NCBI GenBank assembly: GCA_052055015.1
Contig: JBQJIT010000014.1
DNA length: 64,000 bases
Reading direction: 5' to 3' (one strand)
DNA from: Malassezia furfur
Taxonomy: Eukaryota
Shown: in pieces, positions 1 to 12,079 of the stretch
Numbering within the stretch: the first letter of the stretch is position 1
How the letters are laid out: every line of letters begins with the position of its first letter
Translations under genes and position numbers: made by a program
The notes under the pieces: model-generated
What the model saw: only the letters and a program-made list of their open reading frames with translations
What the model was told of the DNA's origin: nothing
Databases searched by the model: none

Positions 1-3000
1 AGATGTGGAGGCGGTAGGCGTCGCTGGCGTCGTACATGCGCTCCTTGAGGAAGTTTGCCATGCCGTGCGAGATCATACAGTCGCGCTCCATCTCACCGAA
101 GCGCAGACCACCGTCGCGCGAGCGGCCCTCGACGGGCTGGCGCGTGAGGATCTGCACGGGCCCACGCGCACGCGAGTGGATCTTGTCGTCGACCATGTGC
201 TTGAGGCGCTGGTAGTAGGTCGGGCCCAGGTACACCTGCGCCTGCAGCTTGCGTCCCGTGTGGCCGTTGTACATCACCTCGAGGCCACGCGACTGGTACC
301 CGAGCGAGAAGAGGATGTCGGACACGCCCTTGACCGTGAGGTCGGTGAAGGGTGTCGCGTCGCCCTCCTGGCCCGAGAGCGTCGCCACCTTGCTCAGCAG
401 ACACTCGACCAAGTGGCCGATGGTCATACGACTCGGAATGGCGTGCGGGTTGATGATGATGTCGGGCGTGATGCCCTCGGCGGTGAAAGGCAGATCCTCC
501 TGACGGTAGGTAATGCCGACCGTACCCTTTTGCCCGTGGCGCGACGCAAACTTGTCGCCGACCTGCGGCACACGCGTCGAGCGCACACGCACCTTGACAA
601 ACTTGGCGCCCTCGCCGTTCGTCGTGATGAGCACCTGATCGATAATGCCCGACTCGGTGGACTTCATCGGCGTGCTGACATCCTTCTTGGTGTGCGTCTT
701 GCTCCGCATGCCGAGCTCGTCGCTGTCCGGCGGGAGCGGCGCCGTCTTGCCGATGATGATGTCGTCGCCCGAGACACGCGTGCCGGGCGGGACGAGGCCG
801 TCGATGTCGAGCTTCTCGTACGTGCCGTGCTTGAGACGGATCGCCGTGTCGCGCGTGGGCTTTTCAAACTCCTCCATGGTGATCACACCGACCTTCTTCT
901 CCATGTCCTGGAAGGTGCGGTAGTACAGCGAGCGGAACAGGCCGCGGTCGATCGCCGACTGGTTCATGATCACCGAGTCTTCCTGGTTGTAGCCCGAGTA
1001 GCACAGAATCGCCACGATCGCATTCTGGCCCGCGGGCAGCTCACGGAAGCGCAGGTACTCCATCGCGCGCGTCGTCGCGAGCGGCTTTTGCGGGTAGTAC
1101 AGGATGTTGGTCATGGTGTCCATGCGGATCTGGTAGTTGGTCAAGAACACGCCCATCGCCTGTTTGCCCATCGCCGACTGGTACGTGTTACGCGGCGACT
1201 GGTTGTGGTCGGGGAAGGGGATGATGCTCGCACACACGCCGAGGATCATCGCAGGGTGGATCTCGCAGTGCGTCCAGGTATCCGGCGCAAACGTATGCAC
1301 CGAGCGCAGGCGGCGTGTCGCGTCGGACGATTCCGTGTTCAGGTTGCCGTTCGTCGCCTTGTATTCGCGCGACTGCTCGAGATCGTACGGGCTCATGCAG
1401 ATCAGCACCGTCTCCTCCTCCTCCGTGTCGAGGTACTCGATCACGCCCGACTGCACCAGGCGCGTCCAGTCCCACCCCTCGCCGGTCTCGTCGTTGAGTG
1501 CCTGGATGTGGTGCCGCTTGATGAGCAGCGTCATCGTCGGCTGGTCCACAATGAACAGCGGACGGAGCATGCGCCCGCTGTCCGTGTAGATACGCAGCTC
1601 CTTTTCGCGGATGTCGCGCACGACGCTCACCTCGTGGCTGATGTCGTCCTTGCGGCGCAGGTCGCGCAGCGTGTCGACCAGCTGGCCGGGGTCGTCGTGC
1701 GTGCCGAGCCACACACCGTTGACAAACACCTTGGTCGCCTTCGGGTCGGCGACCTGCATGTCGATCAGGCTGTTCAAGCCAAACTCCTCGAGGAACTCGA
1801 CGATCGGCGCCGAGGGCGTCCCGACCGAGATGTTGGACATCAGACTCAAGTTCTTCACCAGACCACACGCCTGGCCCTCGGGCGTCTCTGCAGGGCACAC
1901 CATACCCCAGTGCGTGTTGTGCAGCTGGCGCGGCTTGGCGATCTTGCCGTCGCGCCCAATGGGCGTGTTGCAGCGGCGCAAATGCGACAGCGTCGACGCA
2001 AACGTGTAGCGGTTCAGCACCTGCGACACCCCCGCCTTGCTCTGCATCGCCTTCTTCTGGTCGCCCCAGTTGCCGGTCGCCAGCGAGTAGCGCAGGCCGT
2101 TCGTGATGGTCGCGTGCCGCACGGCGGCCTGCAGGTGGAACTCCTTTTGGTCCTCCACACACTTTTGCAGGTGGCGGTAAATGTCGCGCGTCACCTTGCG
2201 GAAGAGCATGCGGAACAGGCCGGACAGCAGCGGGCCGGCCAAGTCCAGGCGCTTCTTGCCAAAGTGGTCACGGTCGTCGATCTCGCGCCGGTCGAGCGCC
2301 GCGAGCAGCAGGCGGTGCACCATGAACCCGAAGAAGTACGCCTTCTTTGTGTTGGAGCCCTCCGCCATGGAGATGTGGGGGAGCATCTCCTTTTGAAGAA
2401 TCTCTTGTGCATACGTCGTGCGCTTGCTCCGCGACAGGCCCGTCGTCGTACCACGCCGCCCAATGAAGTCGAGCGCAGTCTCGCGGTCCTGGATGACAAA
2501 CGCCTCCTCAATACACGGCTTGAGCATCTCGAGCATCTGCGTGTCGTTAAAGTCGTAGCAGATGTGCTGCAGCACATCCTTGTCCGGCACCACACCCAGT
2601 GCACGGAACACGATCACGATCGGGATATCGTTGCGGATGTACGGCAGCGTCGCCTTGATCGTGTTGTTCAGGCTCTTTTCGCGGTTCCGCGAGAAGAGCT
2701 TGACCTGCATCGTACTGATCGTCTTGCCGCCACGCTCCACCGCACTGCGGATCTCGGCCAGGAACGTCACGGGCGACGGTGGCGCCTTGGAGAAGACGTA
2801 CACATGGTTCGCCGCCATACGCTCCTGCGCAATCAGCACCTTTTCCGAGCCGTTGATGATAAAGTAGCCACCCGAGTCAAAGGGGCACTCGTTCAGACTA
2901 TACTTGCCCTCGTCCGGCAGGTCCGTCAGCCAGCAGAACTGCGAGTGCAGCATGATCGGCACCTTGCCGAGGTACACCTTTTCGTCCACAATCTCGTCCC

Positions 3001-3430
3001 GCGACGGGTCGGGCACCCACAGCTGGTCGCCGTTCTCGTCCAGCTCGTCCTCCTCGCCCTTGATCAGCACCTTTTGCGAGACATCCACATGCAGACCCGC
3101 CGAGTAGGTCAGGTTGCGCTGCCGCGCCTCCTGGGGGAAGAGTGGAGCCGTGCTACCATCTGCCTCGGTCTGTTGCGGCTTGTTCATGTAAATCTGGCCA
3201 AACTCGATCTCGTACCGCCGCGAACGGTCCTCGGCATGGCCCGAGTGCTGGTCAGTCTGCTCCAACGTGAGACTCTTGCTCTCCTCCACGAGCTCCTGCA
3301 CCGTGTTGCTCATGAACTCATTGAAGCTGTCAATCTGCTGGCGGACCAGGCCCTTTTCTTCGAAAAACGCCTTGATCACATCCCAGCAGTCTTCTTGACT
3401 GATCTCTTCCACCTCCTCGTCCTCGTACAT
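1..3430 (-). CDS. RPB2: RNA polymerase II second-largest subunit (3' end runs off the window)
   Basis: Minus-strand read from ATG at 3430 gives [40 protein letters not shown]. Internal motifs [35 protein letters not shown] and [12 protein letters not shown] are present, and the frame reaches [17 protein letters not shown] at the window edge. Confidence 0.97.
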   Translation of the reverse strand, partial: MYEDEEVEEISQEDCWDVIKAFFEEKGLVRQQIDSFNEFMSNTVQELVEESKSLTLEQTDQHSGHAEDRSRRYEIEFGQIYMNKPQQTEADGSTAPLFPQEARQRNLTYSAGLHVDVSQKVLIKGEEDELDENGDQLWVPDPSRDEIVDEKVYLGKVPIMLHSQFCWLTDLPDEGKYSLNECPFDSGGYFIINGSEKVLIAQERMAANHVYVFSKAPPSPVTFLAEIRSAVERGGKTISTMQVKLFSRNREKSLNNTIKATLPYIRNDIPIVIVFRALGVVPDKDVLQHICYDFNDTQMLEMLKPCIEEAFVIQDRETALDFIGRRGTTTGLSRSKRTTYAQEILQKEMLPHISMAEGSNTKKAYFFGFMVHRLLLAALDRREIDDRDHFGKKRLDLAGPLLSGLFRMLFRKVTRDIYRHLQKCVEDQKEFHLQAAVRHATITNGLRYSLATGNWGDQKKAMQSKAGVSQVLNRYTFASTLSHLRRCNTPIGRDGKIAKPRQLHNTHWGMVCPAETPEGQACGLVKNLSLMSNISVGTPSAPIVEFLEEFGLNSLIDMQVADPKATKVFVNGVWLGTHDDPGQLVDTLRDLRRKDDISHEVSVVRDIREKELRIYTDSGRMLRPLFIVDQPTMTLLIKRHHIQALNDETGEGWDWTRLVQSGVIEYLDTEEEETVLICMSPYDLEQSREYKATNGNLNTESSDATRRLRSVHTFAPDTWTHCEIHPAMILGVCASIIPFPDHNQSPRNTYQSAMGKQAMGVFLTNYQIRMDTMTNILYYPQKPLATTRAMEYLRFRELPAGQNAIVAILCYSGYNQEDSVIMNQSAIDRGLFRSLYYRTFQDMEKKVGVITMEEFEKPTRDTAIRLKHGTYEKLDIDGLVPPGTRVSGDDIIIGKTAPLPPDSDELGMRSKTHTKKDVSTPMKSTESGIIDQVLITTNGEGAKFVKVRVRSTRVPQVGDKFASRHGQKGTVGITYRQEDLPFTAEGITPDIIINPHAIPSRMTIGHLVECLLSKVATLSGQEGDATPFTDLTVKGVSDILFSLGYQSRGLEVMYNGHTGRKLQAQVYLGPTYYQRLKHMVDDKIHSRARGPVQILTRQPVEGRSRDGGLRFGEMERDCMISHGMANFLKERMYDASDAYRLHI

Positions 3431-3675
3431 GGCCAAGTCAAGAAACTGCTACGTCCGTGTAGCACAGTCAGTACACCTACGCAAAGAACAACGCCTTGTC
3501 CTTTGCCGCGTGTCTGTCTGGGGACCCGACCGATGCGAGTCGTGGCACACGGAGCGGCGCCGCGCGCCGGGCGGCGCGGCGATGCGACGAAGGACCATCA
3601 CGTGGCTTCGGCCGAGTGCGCCACCACGCTTCGCCTCCACCACCTTGCACTGCAAGGCGAGAGCATATCGGCAAG

Positions 3676-5043
3676 ATGGGCGCGGGCGACTTGAATATGA
3701 AGAAGTCATGGCATCCTATGCTCCATAGCAACCAGGAGAAGGTCTGGTTGCAGGAGCAGGAGGCTATCAAGGAGCGCAAGCGCTTGGAGGAGCTCCGCAA
3801 GGAGCGCGAGCATGAGCGGCAGATGCAGGAGCTGCAGCGCATCCACGAAGAGGCCGGCGGCAAGAAACGCGTCGAGCGCGTCGAATGGATGTATGCGACA
3901 CCGGCGGCCAAGGGCGAGCCGTCTGAGGCCGAGCTCGAGGACTACCTACTCGGCAAGAAGCGCGTCGACAAACTCCTCCAGGGCAACGAGATGCAGCAGC
4001 TCTCTCGCACCGCCGACGTGGGCAAAGCGGACGCGGGCGACGCCATGTCGCAACGCGATATGGCGACCAAGATCCGCGAGGATCCTCTGCTGGCCATCAA
4101 ACAGCAGGAACAGGCCGTGTACGAGATGCTGATGAAGGACCCCACGCGCCTGCGCCAAATGCGCGCCAAGATGGGCCTTGAGCCGGATCGCAGCGAACGG
4201 CGCCACCGGCACCGTGACGGAGACCGGAGCACACGGCACTCACACCATGGGCGGCACAGTCGCAGCGAGCGGTCACGGTACGACGACGACCGCAGCGAGC
4301 GAAGCAGTCGCCATGACGACCGCAGTGAGCGCAGCAGCCGTTACGACGACCGATCGTCGCGTGATGCATACCGCAGCGAGCGTCACCGGTCGCATCGGTA
4401 CGACCGTTACGACCGTCGCGACGTCCGTCGTGACCCCGATGACCGCCGGCATGAGGAGGACCGCTACGCGTCGTCTCGGCATGGCCGGGACGACTACGAG
4501 CGCCGGCACAGCAGCAGTCGATACGACGATGCCGAGCGCTCCTACGTTTCGGGCCGCCGCGACCGCGATGGCCGGGACCGCCGTCTCGAAGATGGCCCAT
4601 CCAAATATGAAGACCGCGCTTCACGCTCGTCCCGCGCAGAGTCGTCTCAGGCCTCCGAATATACCCACCGCAACCGCTACCGCGCACAGGACCGACCGCG
4701 CGGCGGGCGCGAGCGGTCTCGTTCGCCTGCACGGATGGACGATACAACGCGGGAGGCCAAGCTTGCTGCAATGATGTCGGATGCACGGAAACTTGAGGAC
4801 CAGCGCAATGCGTGGATCGACAAGGTGAATGCCGAAGAGCAGAGCCGGCAGGCCGAGGAGGACCAGGCGCGCAACGACGCGCACGACCACAGCAAGTGGC
4901 GAGAAGGCGGCGGGACAGGCAAGGCCGCCTTCCTTCTGGATCAACAGCGCAGTTTGTGGGGAGAGCAGAGTGGCGGAATGGATTTGCACGAGCGCCTGCG
5001 CCGCAGCCGGAATGGTCTGCAGCGCGTCGGCGCCGAAGACTAG
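3676..5043 (+). CDS. CWC25: Pre-mRNA splicing factor Cwc25
   Basis: N-terminus MGAGDLNMKKSWHP, then RVEWMY, EDYLLGK and KIREDPLLAIK motifs, followed by an R/D/S-rich tail. Confidence 0.93.
   Translation: MGAGDLNMKKSWHPMLHSNQEKVWLQEQEAIKERKRLEELRKEREHERQMQELQRIHEEAGGKKRVERVEWMYATPAAKGEPSEAELEDYLLGKKRVDKLLQGNEMQQLSRTADVGKADAGDAMSQRDMATKIREDPLLAIKQQEQAVYEMLMKDPTRLRQMRAKMGLEPDRSERRHRHRDGDRSTRHSHHGRHSRSERSRYDDDRSERSSRHDDRSERSSRYDDRSSRDAYRSERHRSHRYDRYDRRDVRRDPDDRRHEEDRYASSRHGRDDYERRHSSSRYDDAERSYVSGRRDRDGRDRRLEDGPSKYEDRASRSSRAESSQASEYTHRNRYRAQDRPRGGRERSRSPARMDDTTREAKLAAMMSDARKLEDQRNAWIDKVNAEEQSRQAEEDQARNDAHDHSKWREGGGTGKAAFLLDQQRSLWGEQSGGMDLHERLRRSRNGLQRVGAED
4261..4350 (+). repeat. Imperfect 30-bp coding tandem repeat (3 units) in CWC25
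   Basis: Units at 4261, 4291 and 4321 each start cgcag(c/t)gagc and end gacgac. They encode RSERSRYDDD / RSERSSRHDD / RSERSSRYDD. Confidence 0.8.
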
Positions 5044-5154
5044 GCTAGGTGATCCACAGCATGGAAATAAGCATCTGCCAACTTGTTGTTTGTGGAAATA
5101 TGCTGGTGCCCCGCGCGACTGGTGGCGAACCTGTCACGAAACAATCGTGTCAGC

Positions 5155-5538
5155 ATGACCCCCACCACGACCATGCGTCCGCCACCTGAGAAACAACATC
5201 GCCGCCGTGCGCGCGGTGCGTCTCGCGGCGTACCGCGAGGCACAAGCACGGGCTCGTCATGCACAGAGCTCAGTGCTTGGCTCAGCGCGCGCTACCGTGC
5301 ACAGGAAGCCGCGGCACGCGATCCTTTGCTGGAGCGCAATAGGTCGTCTCGGGTCGACAAAGCGTCATCGCCCGAGGTCAAAACGACCTGTGCCACCTCT
5401 TCGGATGCACGGATGAAACAAAAGCAGAGCAATGCTGCACGTTCGTATTCCACGCTGATTCCAGCGAAGGATGCACATGCTTCGTTCCTCGCTGCACTGC
5501 GCAAGGCTGTGGCAGCGCAGGCCCAGAGTGCCCGATGA
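5155..5538 (+). CDS. Small basic hypothetical protein (~127 aa)
   Basis: ATG-initiated ORF MTPTTTMRPPPEKQHRRR... fills the gap between CWC25 and the PTM1 paralog. No recognised motif. Confidence 0.4.
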   Translation: MTPTTTMRPPPEKQHRRRARGASRGVPRGTSTGSSCTELSAWLSARYRAQEAAARDPLLERNRSSRVDKASSPEVKTTCATSSDARMKQKQSNAARSYSTLIPAKDAHASFLAALRKAVAAQAQSAR

Positions 5539-5607
5539 ATTCATGGAAACGAGTGTAGATACATGAATGAGTGATGTAATGCAGTGTATAGTTCAGTAAT
5601 GTCTCTT

Positions 5608-7137
5608 TTACATGCTATGGCCGTCCTGCAGCATAGTCGCTTCATACGCCTCCGCGGGATCTTCTTCATCCTTTGCCATCTCTTCGAGGAGGAGCTCAAA
5701 GAAGTTCCACTTCGGCGGCAGCACAAGGCACGAAAATACAACGAGATCTGGCGTGTCAGTCCGCCATACATACAACCCGTATAAGCCATACGTGGTAGGC
5801 CGTCCAAGAAAAGCCAAACGTTCGGCCATGTGTTGGCTGTGCCGTAGTTTCGTTCCGCGCGCAAAGCGACAAACAGAAACATGGACAGCACACCAATTAG
5901 CATGCTGGACAGTGCCCCCGTGGGAATCGCCAGGACAAGGCCAACCAGAATTCGCTTGTACTTGCCATGATAGAATTGACACGATTTCAGCATGGCAATC
6001 ATGAGCAGAACCAGATCAGCTGCGATGAACACAGTCAGTACAGCCATGGGAACCATAAGCATTGTTGAGTATTGATCGTTTATCCCAAATATTGCTCTTT
6101 GGCACGCCGCAGCTGCGAGTGCATAGCATACAAAAGAAAAGCCGCAGAGCCATCGCGTATTTTTCACCCCATGGGCGTGGAGAATGGTAGCTGAGTCCTG
6201 CTCAGCAGAGGCCGACATCAGTACATAGACGAGAAAAGTGATACGAGCAGCATCGGCTGCACAAGAGAGTGCTGAAACAATGCGAGAAGAGGACCAACCA
6301 CCTTCAAACATGGCCAGGATCCGGTCGCTGCGAAATGCATGTTGGTTGCTCCATGAATAGAGCAACCACGACGTAAAGATGTCAAACACAGAGAGGAAAA
6401 CAAGCTGGAAGCCTAGGTTCATCACTGTCCGGGCGTGCCTAGTCATGTACATGCTGCGTCGTTGGGGCGCAAGTTTCCACCATGCATAACCTAGAGCCAA
6501 GTATACCAGGCTCATAACTTGATAGAACGAGAGGAGTGGATACGCAGATGCAGGAAGATTGCCTCGGAACTTGTTGCGAAACTCTGCAGAAGCAACAACG
6601 TTCGGAACAGTATGGTTGGATCCCATACCAAGAAGCATGGCAACACAGTAATAACCGTCCACAGTCACATTGTACGCAAATGTTCTTGAAACACTCTCAA
6701 TAGTCGCATTCGGATACTTCATTTGCTGGATGGAATGGGTGTGGCCATCGTTCGCATTGATGAGAAACAGGTTCTCTTCCGAGGCATCACAGAGCCCATC
6801 GCGGATTGCTGCAGGTGTGCAACTGTATTCGATGTGCTTGGGTAAGGCATTACACGTACCTGTTTACCATACCGCTTCTGTTCGGGGTCAACCTTCCCAA
6901 ATTGCTCGATATCATTCATTTCAAATACAGCAACCGTCGCTATCCCAGCGACATGAGGATTGACGGCCACTGCGTAAGTGAAAGCTGCTTACCATGCACT
7001 GCAGTCCCAGAATCAGCCCATATTCCACTGCACACGCGCTCAGAGAGACCAGTCCCAGTGATTGGGACCGTAAACGCTTGAACAGACCATGGTAGTACCA
7101 GCCACGCCAACCAAGAAGAGCGATGCCATACCCGCAT
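5608..7137 (-). CDS. Divergent PTM1/TMEM87 (lung seven-transmembrane receptor, GOST family) paralog
   Basis: Signal peptide MRVWHRSSWLAWLVLPWSVQA. Introns at 6970-6992, 6837-6859 and 5748-5773 join the ORF pieces. YNVTVDGYYCV and FRNKFRGNLPA match the adjacent copy, followed by several TM segments. Confidence 0.8.
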
Positions 7138-7254
7138 CGACCGTTGCAGGTGGAGGCCCGAGCGATGCACTCATTGTAAAATTGGTCCATTTCAGCACAA
7201 TTCCCCATATTTGTCACCGCGAGAGCTGCTATTCTCAGGCGAGTGCTACTTGGT

Positions 7255-9061
7255 CTACCTGGACTTATGCGCATATTCGTCTTCATCTTCTGAAAGCTGG
7301 AGACGCACTCGCTCGGCATCATTGCCTGAGGCATCATAAGATGTCCGAGTGGGCGGGATCGGCTCTTGGTCCTCCGCATCGAACACGATATCGTCTTTCT
7401 GAACCTGCTTATACGGTTCGTTGCTTGAATATTTCGGCAGTTCCTCCTCACGCTGGATCGTTTCTTGCATGTGCGAAAGGTCCTGCAGATGCTCAGATCG
7501 AACCTCGACTGCATCCTGATCCAGTTCATCGTCAGATCCACCAAGCGTGTGCACTTCGTATTGACCCGCATCGGCTTCTTCGTCCGTTGCCAACTCGTCC
7601 GACATCGCCAGACGCATGTTCTGCCCTGTAGGTCGCCAGACATAGCAGATGGATGCAAAGACTGATGAGTGATGCATAACGTACCAATAAAGTAGAGCAG
7701 AGTCAAAGAACCGTCCAAAACAAACCAGCGGTACTCCCATGATGTGGTGGCCAGGTCACTAGTGTCGCTTGTCGCAAGCAAGAAAGACGAAAAGAAGAAG
7801 AAGCCAACGATGGCCACCACCGCACACATGAGAATAAGGTAGAGCCGCTGGAACATTTTGAATTTGTACGTCTGGCGACGTTCCGAAAGGTATTGCATGG
7901 TGGACTTGAGCGAATAGAGGATCCAGGACATGAATGCAGACAGCGTTCCCGCAAGGGGGAAGATGAAAAGCAGAGTCCAACTGCCACCCATTTCAAGAAG
8001 AATCAACACAATCCCCACCGAGTACAGGACTCCGAAGACAAAATGCAGCCCTGTAAGAAGCTGGACTTTGCGAATCACGGAGCCGATGGTCGGGCGCACC
8101 ACACCGTACCCCATCGACACAATGAGCAAAAGGAAGAAGGAGAGACTGTCCCGTGCAGCACCAAGGATACTTGTCAGGACGAGCAGAAAACGGGCCATAC
8201 CAGTCACGGCCGCGTTTTTGTCCACAGACTTGAACCGGAGGAAGTCGATTTCATGGTTGTTGTAATAGGCATAGAACAACCATTCACAGGCCATCTCAAG
8301 TACAAGGAAGGCAATCATCGCAGAGATGAAGTGTTGCACGGTCACAATCTGGTCGCGGTGAATGGTGCACAGGGAAAGCCAAGCGACGCCTAGCAATAGA
8401 TAGACCAGAGTCATCACACCATAGAATAGTAGTTTGGGGTGTTCGGCGGCCGGAAGGTTTCCTTTGAAGATATTGTGAAACACAACACGGCCATTAAAGT
8501 TTCCGTTTGACAATTCATTAGTTGCGAGAGAGGAAACTTCCGCAACCCCCACACAATAGTAGCCGTCGACCGTGACATTGTAAGAAAAGTTGGCGGTCTG
8601 GTTCGACTGCTGGTCGAAATTGAACTGCTTTTGCTGGATGGTGTATGTCTGTCCCAGGGATTCGTCCACAATGAACATGCCCAGTTGGTCTTGCTTACAC
8701 AGGCCATGCTGGATAGCGACGGAGCTGCAAACGTAGGTTTTGTACTAGGGTAAGAAGGAGAAAACGCACCAGTTGTCCATATTGCTGGCGCATGGGATCA
8801 AACTTTCCAATATTCCCAAACTCGGAGATCTCATAAATAATCGTAGTCGCCTGTCCCTTCGAGCCGGCGTCGAACACAACTGGGTCAGCACTGGCAGAAC
8901 ATACCGTCAATCGAGGTATTCTTCCCTGCATACATGCCGCTACATGCTTGACGCATGCCCTCTTTATCTTTTATCCCAACTGTGTATGCATGGCTGGGCA
9001 CTGCCAACAACGCGAGTGCTGCAACCAGCAACGCGGACACCCAGGCGACCCGCATCAGCAT
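7255..9061 (-). CDS. PTM1: PTM1/TMEM87-like Golgi membrane protein (lung seven-transmembrane receptor family)
   Basis: Signal peptide and CSGMY motif. Introns at 8880-8904, 8745-8769 and 7662-7684. Motifs GYYCV, GNLPAAEHPKLLFY, FFLLLIVSMGYGVVRPT and WRPT..N.RLAMSDEL, then an acidic tail. Confidence 0.9.
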
Positions 9062-9340
9062 CGACGTCGGACCAGAATGTGGAGGTGGCTCACGCTTGTC
9101 AATGCGCTGGGGCCAAATGGCACGGACTTTGACGGGGGAGTGGAGCACACGTGCTAGCCAACTTCGCAGCCACAATCGTTGAATGCTACAGCTGCAACGC
9201 ACTTCGAATCCATATCACAAGGATGACTGCATTTCGCTCGATACATAATTACTATATAACCGACTTTACATTAGTGTAAGACAACAGGTCAATTTAGCAC
9301 ACGACTACAGCAGAAACAATCATAGAGCAAACTCAAACCA

Positions 9341-10250
9341 TTACTGATATTCCGAGTATTTTGGAGGGGGTTCGTCTTTATGTGACTCTTGTGAGCGGTA
9401 CACTGACAGTGTTGTGTTGTCCTTTCTGCTGCTTTCCTCAAATCTTTGTTCAATTCCATTTTCATATCCGGCCCTGACGGCATAATCTTCCACGTATACG
9501 TCGTCCAAGAAAACGTCACTTGAATGAAGAAACTGCAAGTTTGCATCGCTACGGCGGATTATATAGCAGATAAAATGGTGCGCTAGTTTGTTCGTGCAAC
9601 GCACAAGGTAGCTGAAGGGCCACAATAATAGTAAGAACAATAATTCAGAACATCTTGGGAGACCCGGATGAATTTTCAAAATCCTGCCACTTGATTTCCT
9701 ACGAGTAAGCTCGGAACAAGCGTCAATGCCCAAAGTACCATGAATATGCTCATAGGTCCAGTATTCACATATGTCAGGTTTTTATAAAAATCTCTAAGTT
9801 CTTTATGGTGGTTCCTCGTTTTTTCTTTTACACAAATTCCATCGAAGATAGGACAAACGCAAACTATCACGTAAAGTAGGACTAATGTTTCGGTTGCAAA
9901 CAAAATCTCCAAAGCGGGCCAAGGTCTTTATAATTAAGTGCACTTGCAATCAAACATGTCGGTTTCGAGATGAAATACATGCGGGTAACGGGAGGGATTT
10001 CATTAAAGTTCTAGTCATATTTTGGCCCAATAATACTGTGGCCTTTGGATGCAATGATGGTCAAGGGCGGTAAACCACTTTCTTTTGCACAATCATTTTC
10101 CAGCATCAATGAAAAACGCATCCGCGCGATTGTTGTCTTCGTGCTGCCGTTGTCAGTTGAAGTCAAATTTAATAATTTCACTGAGTGATCGTTGATATGG
10201 ATAGCTGCTGAGAGTACCGTTACCACACATGTCGAGCCTAAACGGCCCAT
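9341..10250 (-). pseudogene. Low-GC degenerate membrane-protein relic, possibly a third PTM1-like copy
   Basis: Fragmented minus-strand ORFs with hydrophobic stretches. ICYIIRRSDANLQFLHSSD resembles PTM1 ICYVWRPTGQNMRLAMSD, and the last fragment ends EPPPKYSEYQ. Confidence 0.35.
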
Positions 10251-10396
10251 CCCCTCAAATCTATGGAGCGAGCATGGTTAAGGTAAACTGGAGGCTCGTG
10301 CATTATGAAGTAGATCGACCCAGGGCTCTGTAAGGTGCCTGGATCACGTCAGCGAGAAGCTCGACATGTTCGGCTAACGAGGGCCAATGGTTCCAT

Positions 10397-12079
10397 TCAA
10401 TCTGGGTTAGCCAAGTGACGTACGGAAACCGTGCGTGCAAACTCATCCATAGCATCCGTCTTGGTAGCATTCTGGTACAATGCAAATGTGGGCTCTTCAT
10501 GCTCTTCCAGGAAAAACTCGGTCCGGCTCTGGTCCAGCACTTCGGTGCGCCAAAGGGTAAGTTCGAGCAGCTCCCCATCTCCGAGCTCAGCACCAATTTG
10601 CCGAGGCGGCAATGGTGCATGCATCGGATTGGGGTCCGGACTCAAACCATCAGCACCGGGATAGGGCTCCTCGCCCCATGCATGGATGCTCTGAAGGTAG
10701 ATGTCCAGGGCGGTTTTCCGCAGAGCACGCGGACTTGCCGGTGCTGCGTGTTTGATGATTGCACGCGCATCGACGGGAGCTGCAGGGCATAAAATCTGCG
10801 CTGCAGTGGTCGTTATCCACTCGGCGCCATGGAAAGTCAGCTTTTTGTTCGATTTCTTAAGCGAAACGACGAGGTCCACCGGGCGAGAAGCCTGGTGGCC
10901 ACGGTAATAAAGCCGCACAAAACTAGATTCACTCTTGTGATCTGGCTCATAAGGGCCCAGCCGCGTGGGCTCATCCATACAGCTAGGCGGGAAGGATGGC
11001 AAGAAGCGCGGAATGTCCAGTGATTCCACTGCACTTGTTTGCGCCGCGTCAGCAGGGTACACTGCATGGCCAAACGCGACCTCAAGGCGCTGTTCCCATT
11101 CTTTCTCGAGCAGCCAGTCTGGTAGAGGCACAGGCTGAGCCATGTCTTGCAGCTGGTCCCACTGGTGATGGTCGAGCTGGAGCTCAATGGCAGCATCCGT
11201 AGGTGCCATATACCGTACATGCTCGCCCTGCATCGCAAATGCGTCATCCACGCAGGATAGCGAGCCCGGAGCAAAAGGAACGGCATTCAGACGATCTCCT
11301 GAAACACCAAAGCACACAAGCTGCTTGGTCGTATCCTTGATCGCTGACTGCTCCAGTAACACACTGGCTGTGTGCGCTGCGGAGACATCCAGAAAGCGGA
11401 ACTTTGCCGAGGCGCCGTGCCGCTCGATGTAGCATCCCGAGACTTCGGAAATGCGAAGCAGCAGTCCAAGAGATGCATCGAAAGGCAGCGTCACTTCTGT
11501 CTTGTGAATGTGACGGCGGAATGATTGCACCCAGTCGCGTACGCCGGCGATCGCATCGTCACTCCCGCGGATGACAGCACCTGTCTCCCCATTTTGCTTC
11601 TCGATCGAAAAGGACGCCAAAGTGTTCTGCGCAATGCGTAGCATTTCATGACCATGGGTTGCGAGAAGAAATACTTCGCTCAGTTCCAAGGGCAAAAACA
11701 GCGCGGATGCGGCGGAGGCGGCATTTGGGTCGTGTAGAGCAAACCGCTGCTGAAGAATGGCACGCACCAAGTCTGACTTGGTCAACGACGTCTTGATGTT
11801 TTTTAAGTTGGCTTCCTTCGATAGCCGATACAGCTGCGGACGGGTGAACGACACTTGAAGGCGCTTGAATGTGGTATCCCAAGCTGTGCGCGCAACTTGG
11901 GCGTTGGATGCGCGCGACCTGGGCGGGCTCTTTGGACGGAGCGCATCGAGCGCCTCAAGCGTGGGCTCACTGTCTGCATTTGCAGCCGCTTCGCCACCGA
12001 GTCGCTCGGCGTCTCGTGCGAGGCGCGCCCAATGGAAGGTGCGCCGCGGCACCTGCAAAGCGCGCTGCATCGCGAACAT
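10397..12079 (-). CDS. Mitochondrial SLS1-like inner-membrane regulator (putative)
   Basis: Arg-rich presequence-like N-terminus MFAMQRALQVPRRTFHWAR. The segment SFTRPQLYRL...LTKSDLVRAILQQRF resembles the SLS1 N-terminal domain. Confidence 0.55.
   Translation of the reverse strand: MFAMQRALQVPRRTFHWARLARDAERLGGEAAANADSEPTLEALDALRPKSPPRSRASNAQVARTAWDTTFKRLQVSFTRPQLYRLSKEANLKNIKTSLTKSDLVRAILQQRFALHDPNAASAASALFLPLELSEVFLLATHGHEMLRIAQNTLASFSIEKQNGETGAVIRGSDDAIAGVRDWVQSFRRHIHKTEVTLPFDASLGLLLRISEVSGCYIERHGASAKFRFLDVSAAHTASVLLEQSAIKDTTKQLVCFGVSGDRLNAVPFAPGSLSCVDDAFAMQGEHVRYMAPTDAAIELQLDHHQWDQLQDMAQPVPLPDWLLEKEWEQRLEVAFGHAVYPADAAQTSAVESLDIPRFLPSFPPSCMDEPTRLGPYEPDHKSESSFVRLYYRGHQASRPVDLVVSLKKSNKKLTFHGAEWITTTAAQILCPAAPVDARAIIKHAAPASPRALRKTALDIYLQSIHAWGEEPYPGADGLSPDPNPMHAPLPPRQIGAELGDGELLELTLWRTEVLDQSRTEFFLEEHEEPTFALYQNATKTDAMDEFARTVSVRHLANPD

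Noticed and set aside
5..3694. 1229-aa plus-strand ORF
   Set aside because: Antisense shadow of RPB2. Strong GC3 codon bias removes stops on the opposite strand, and it has no protein-like motifs.
9240..10300. AT-richer trough as a candidate centromere
   Set aside because: Described Malassezia centromere cores are far more AT-rich. This stretch is only moderately AT-rich and carries coding-like remnants. CENP-A ChIP would settle it.
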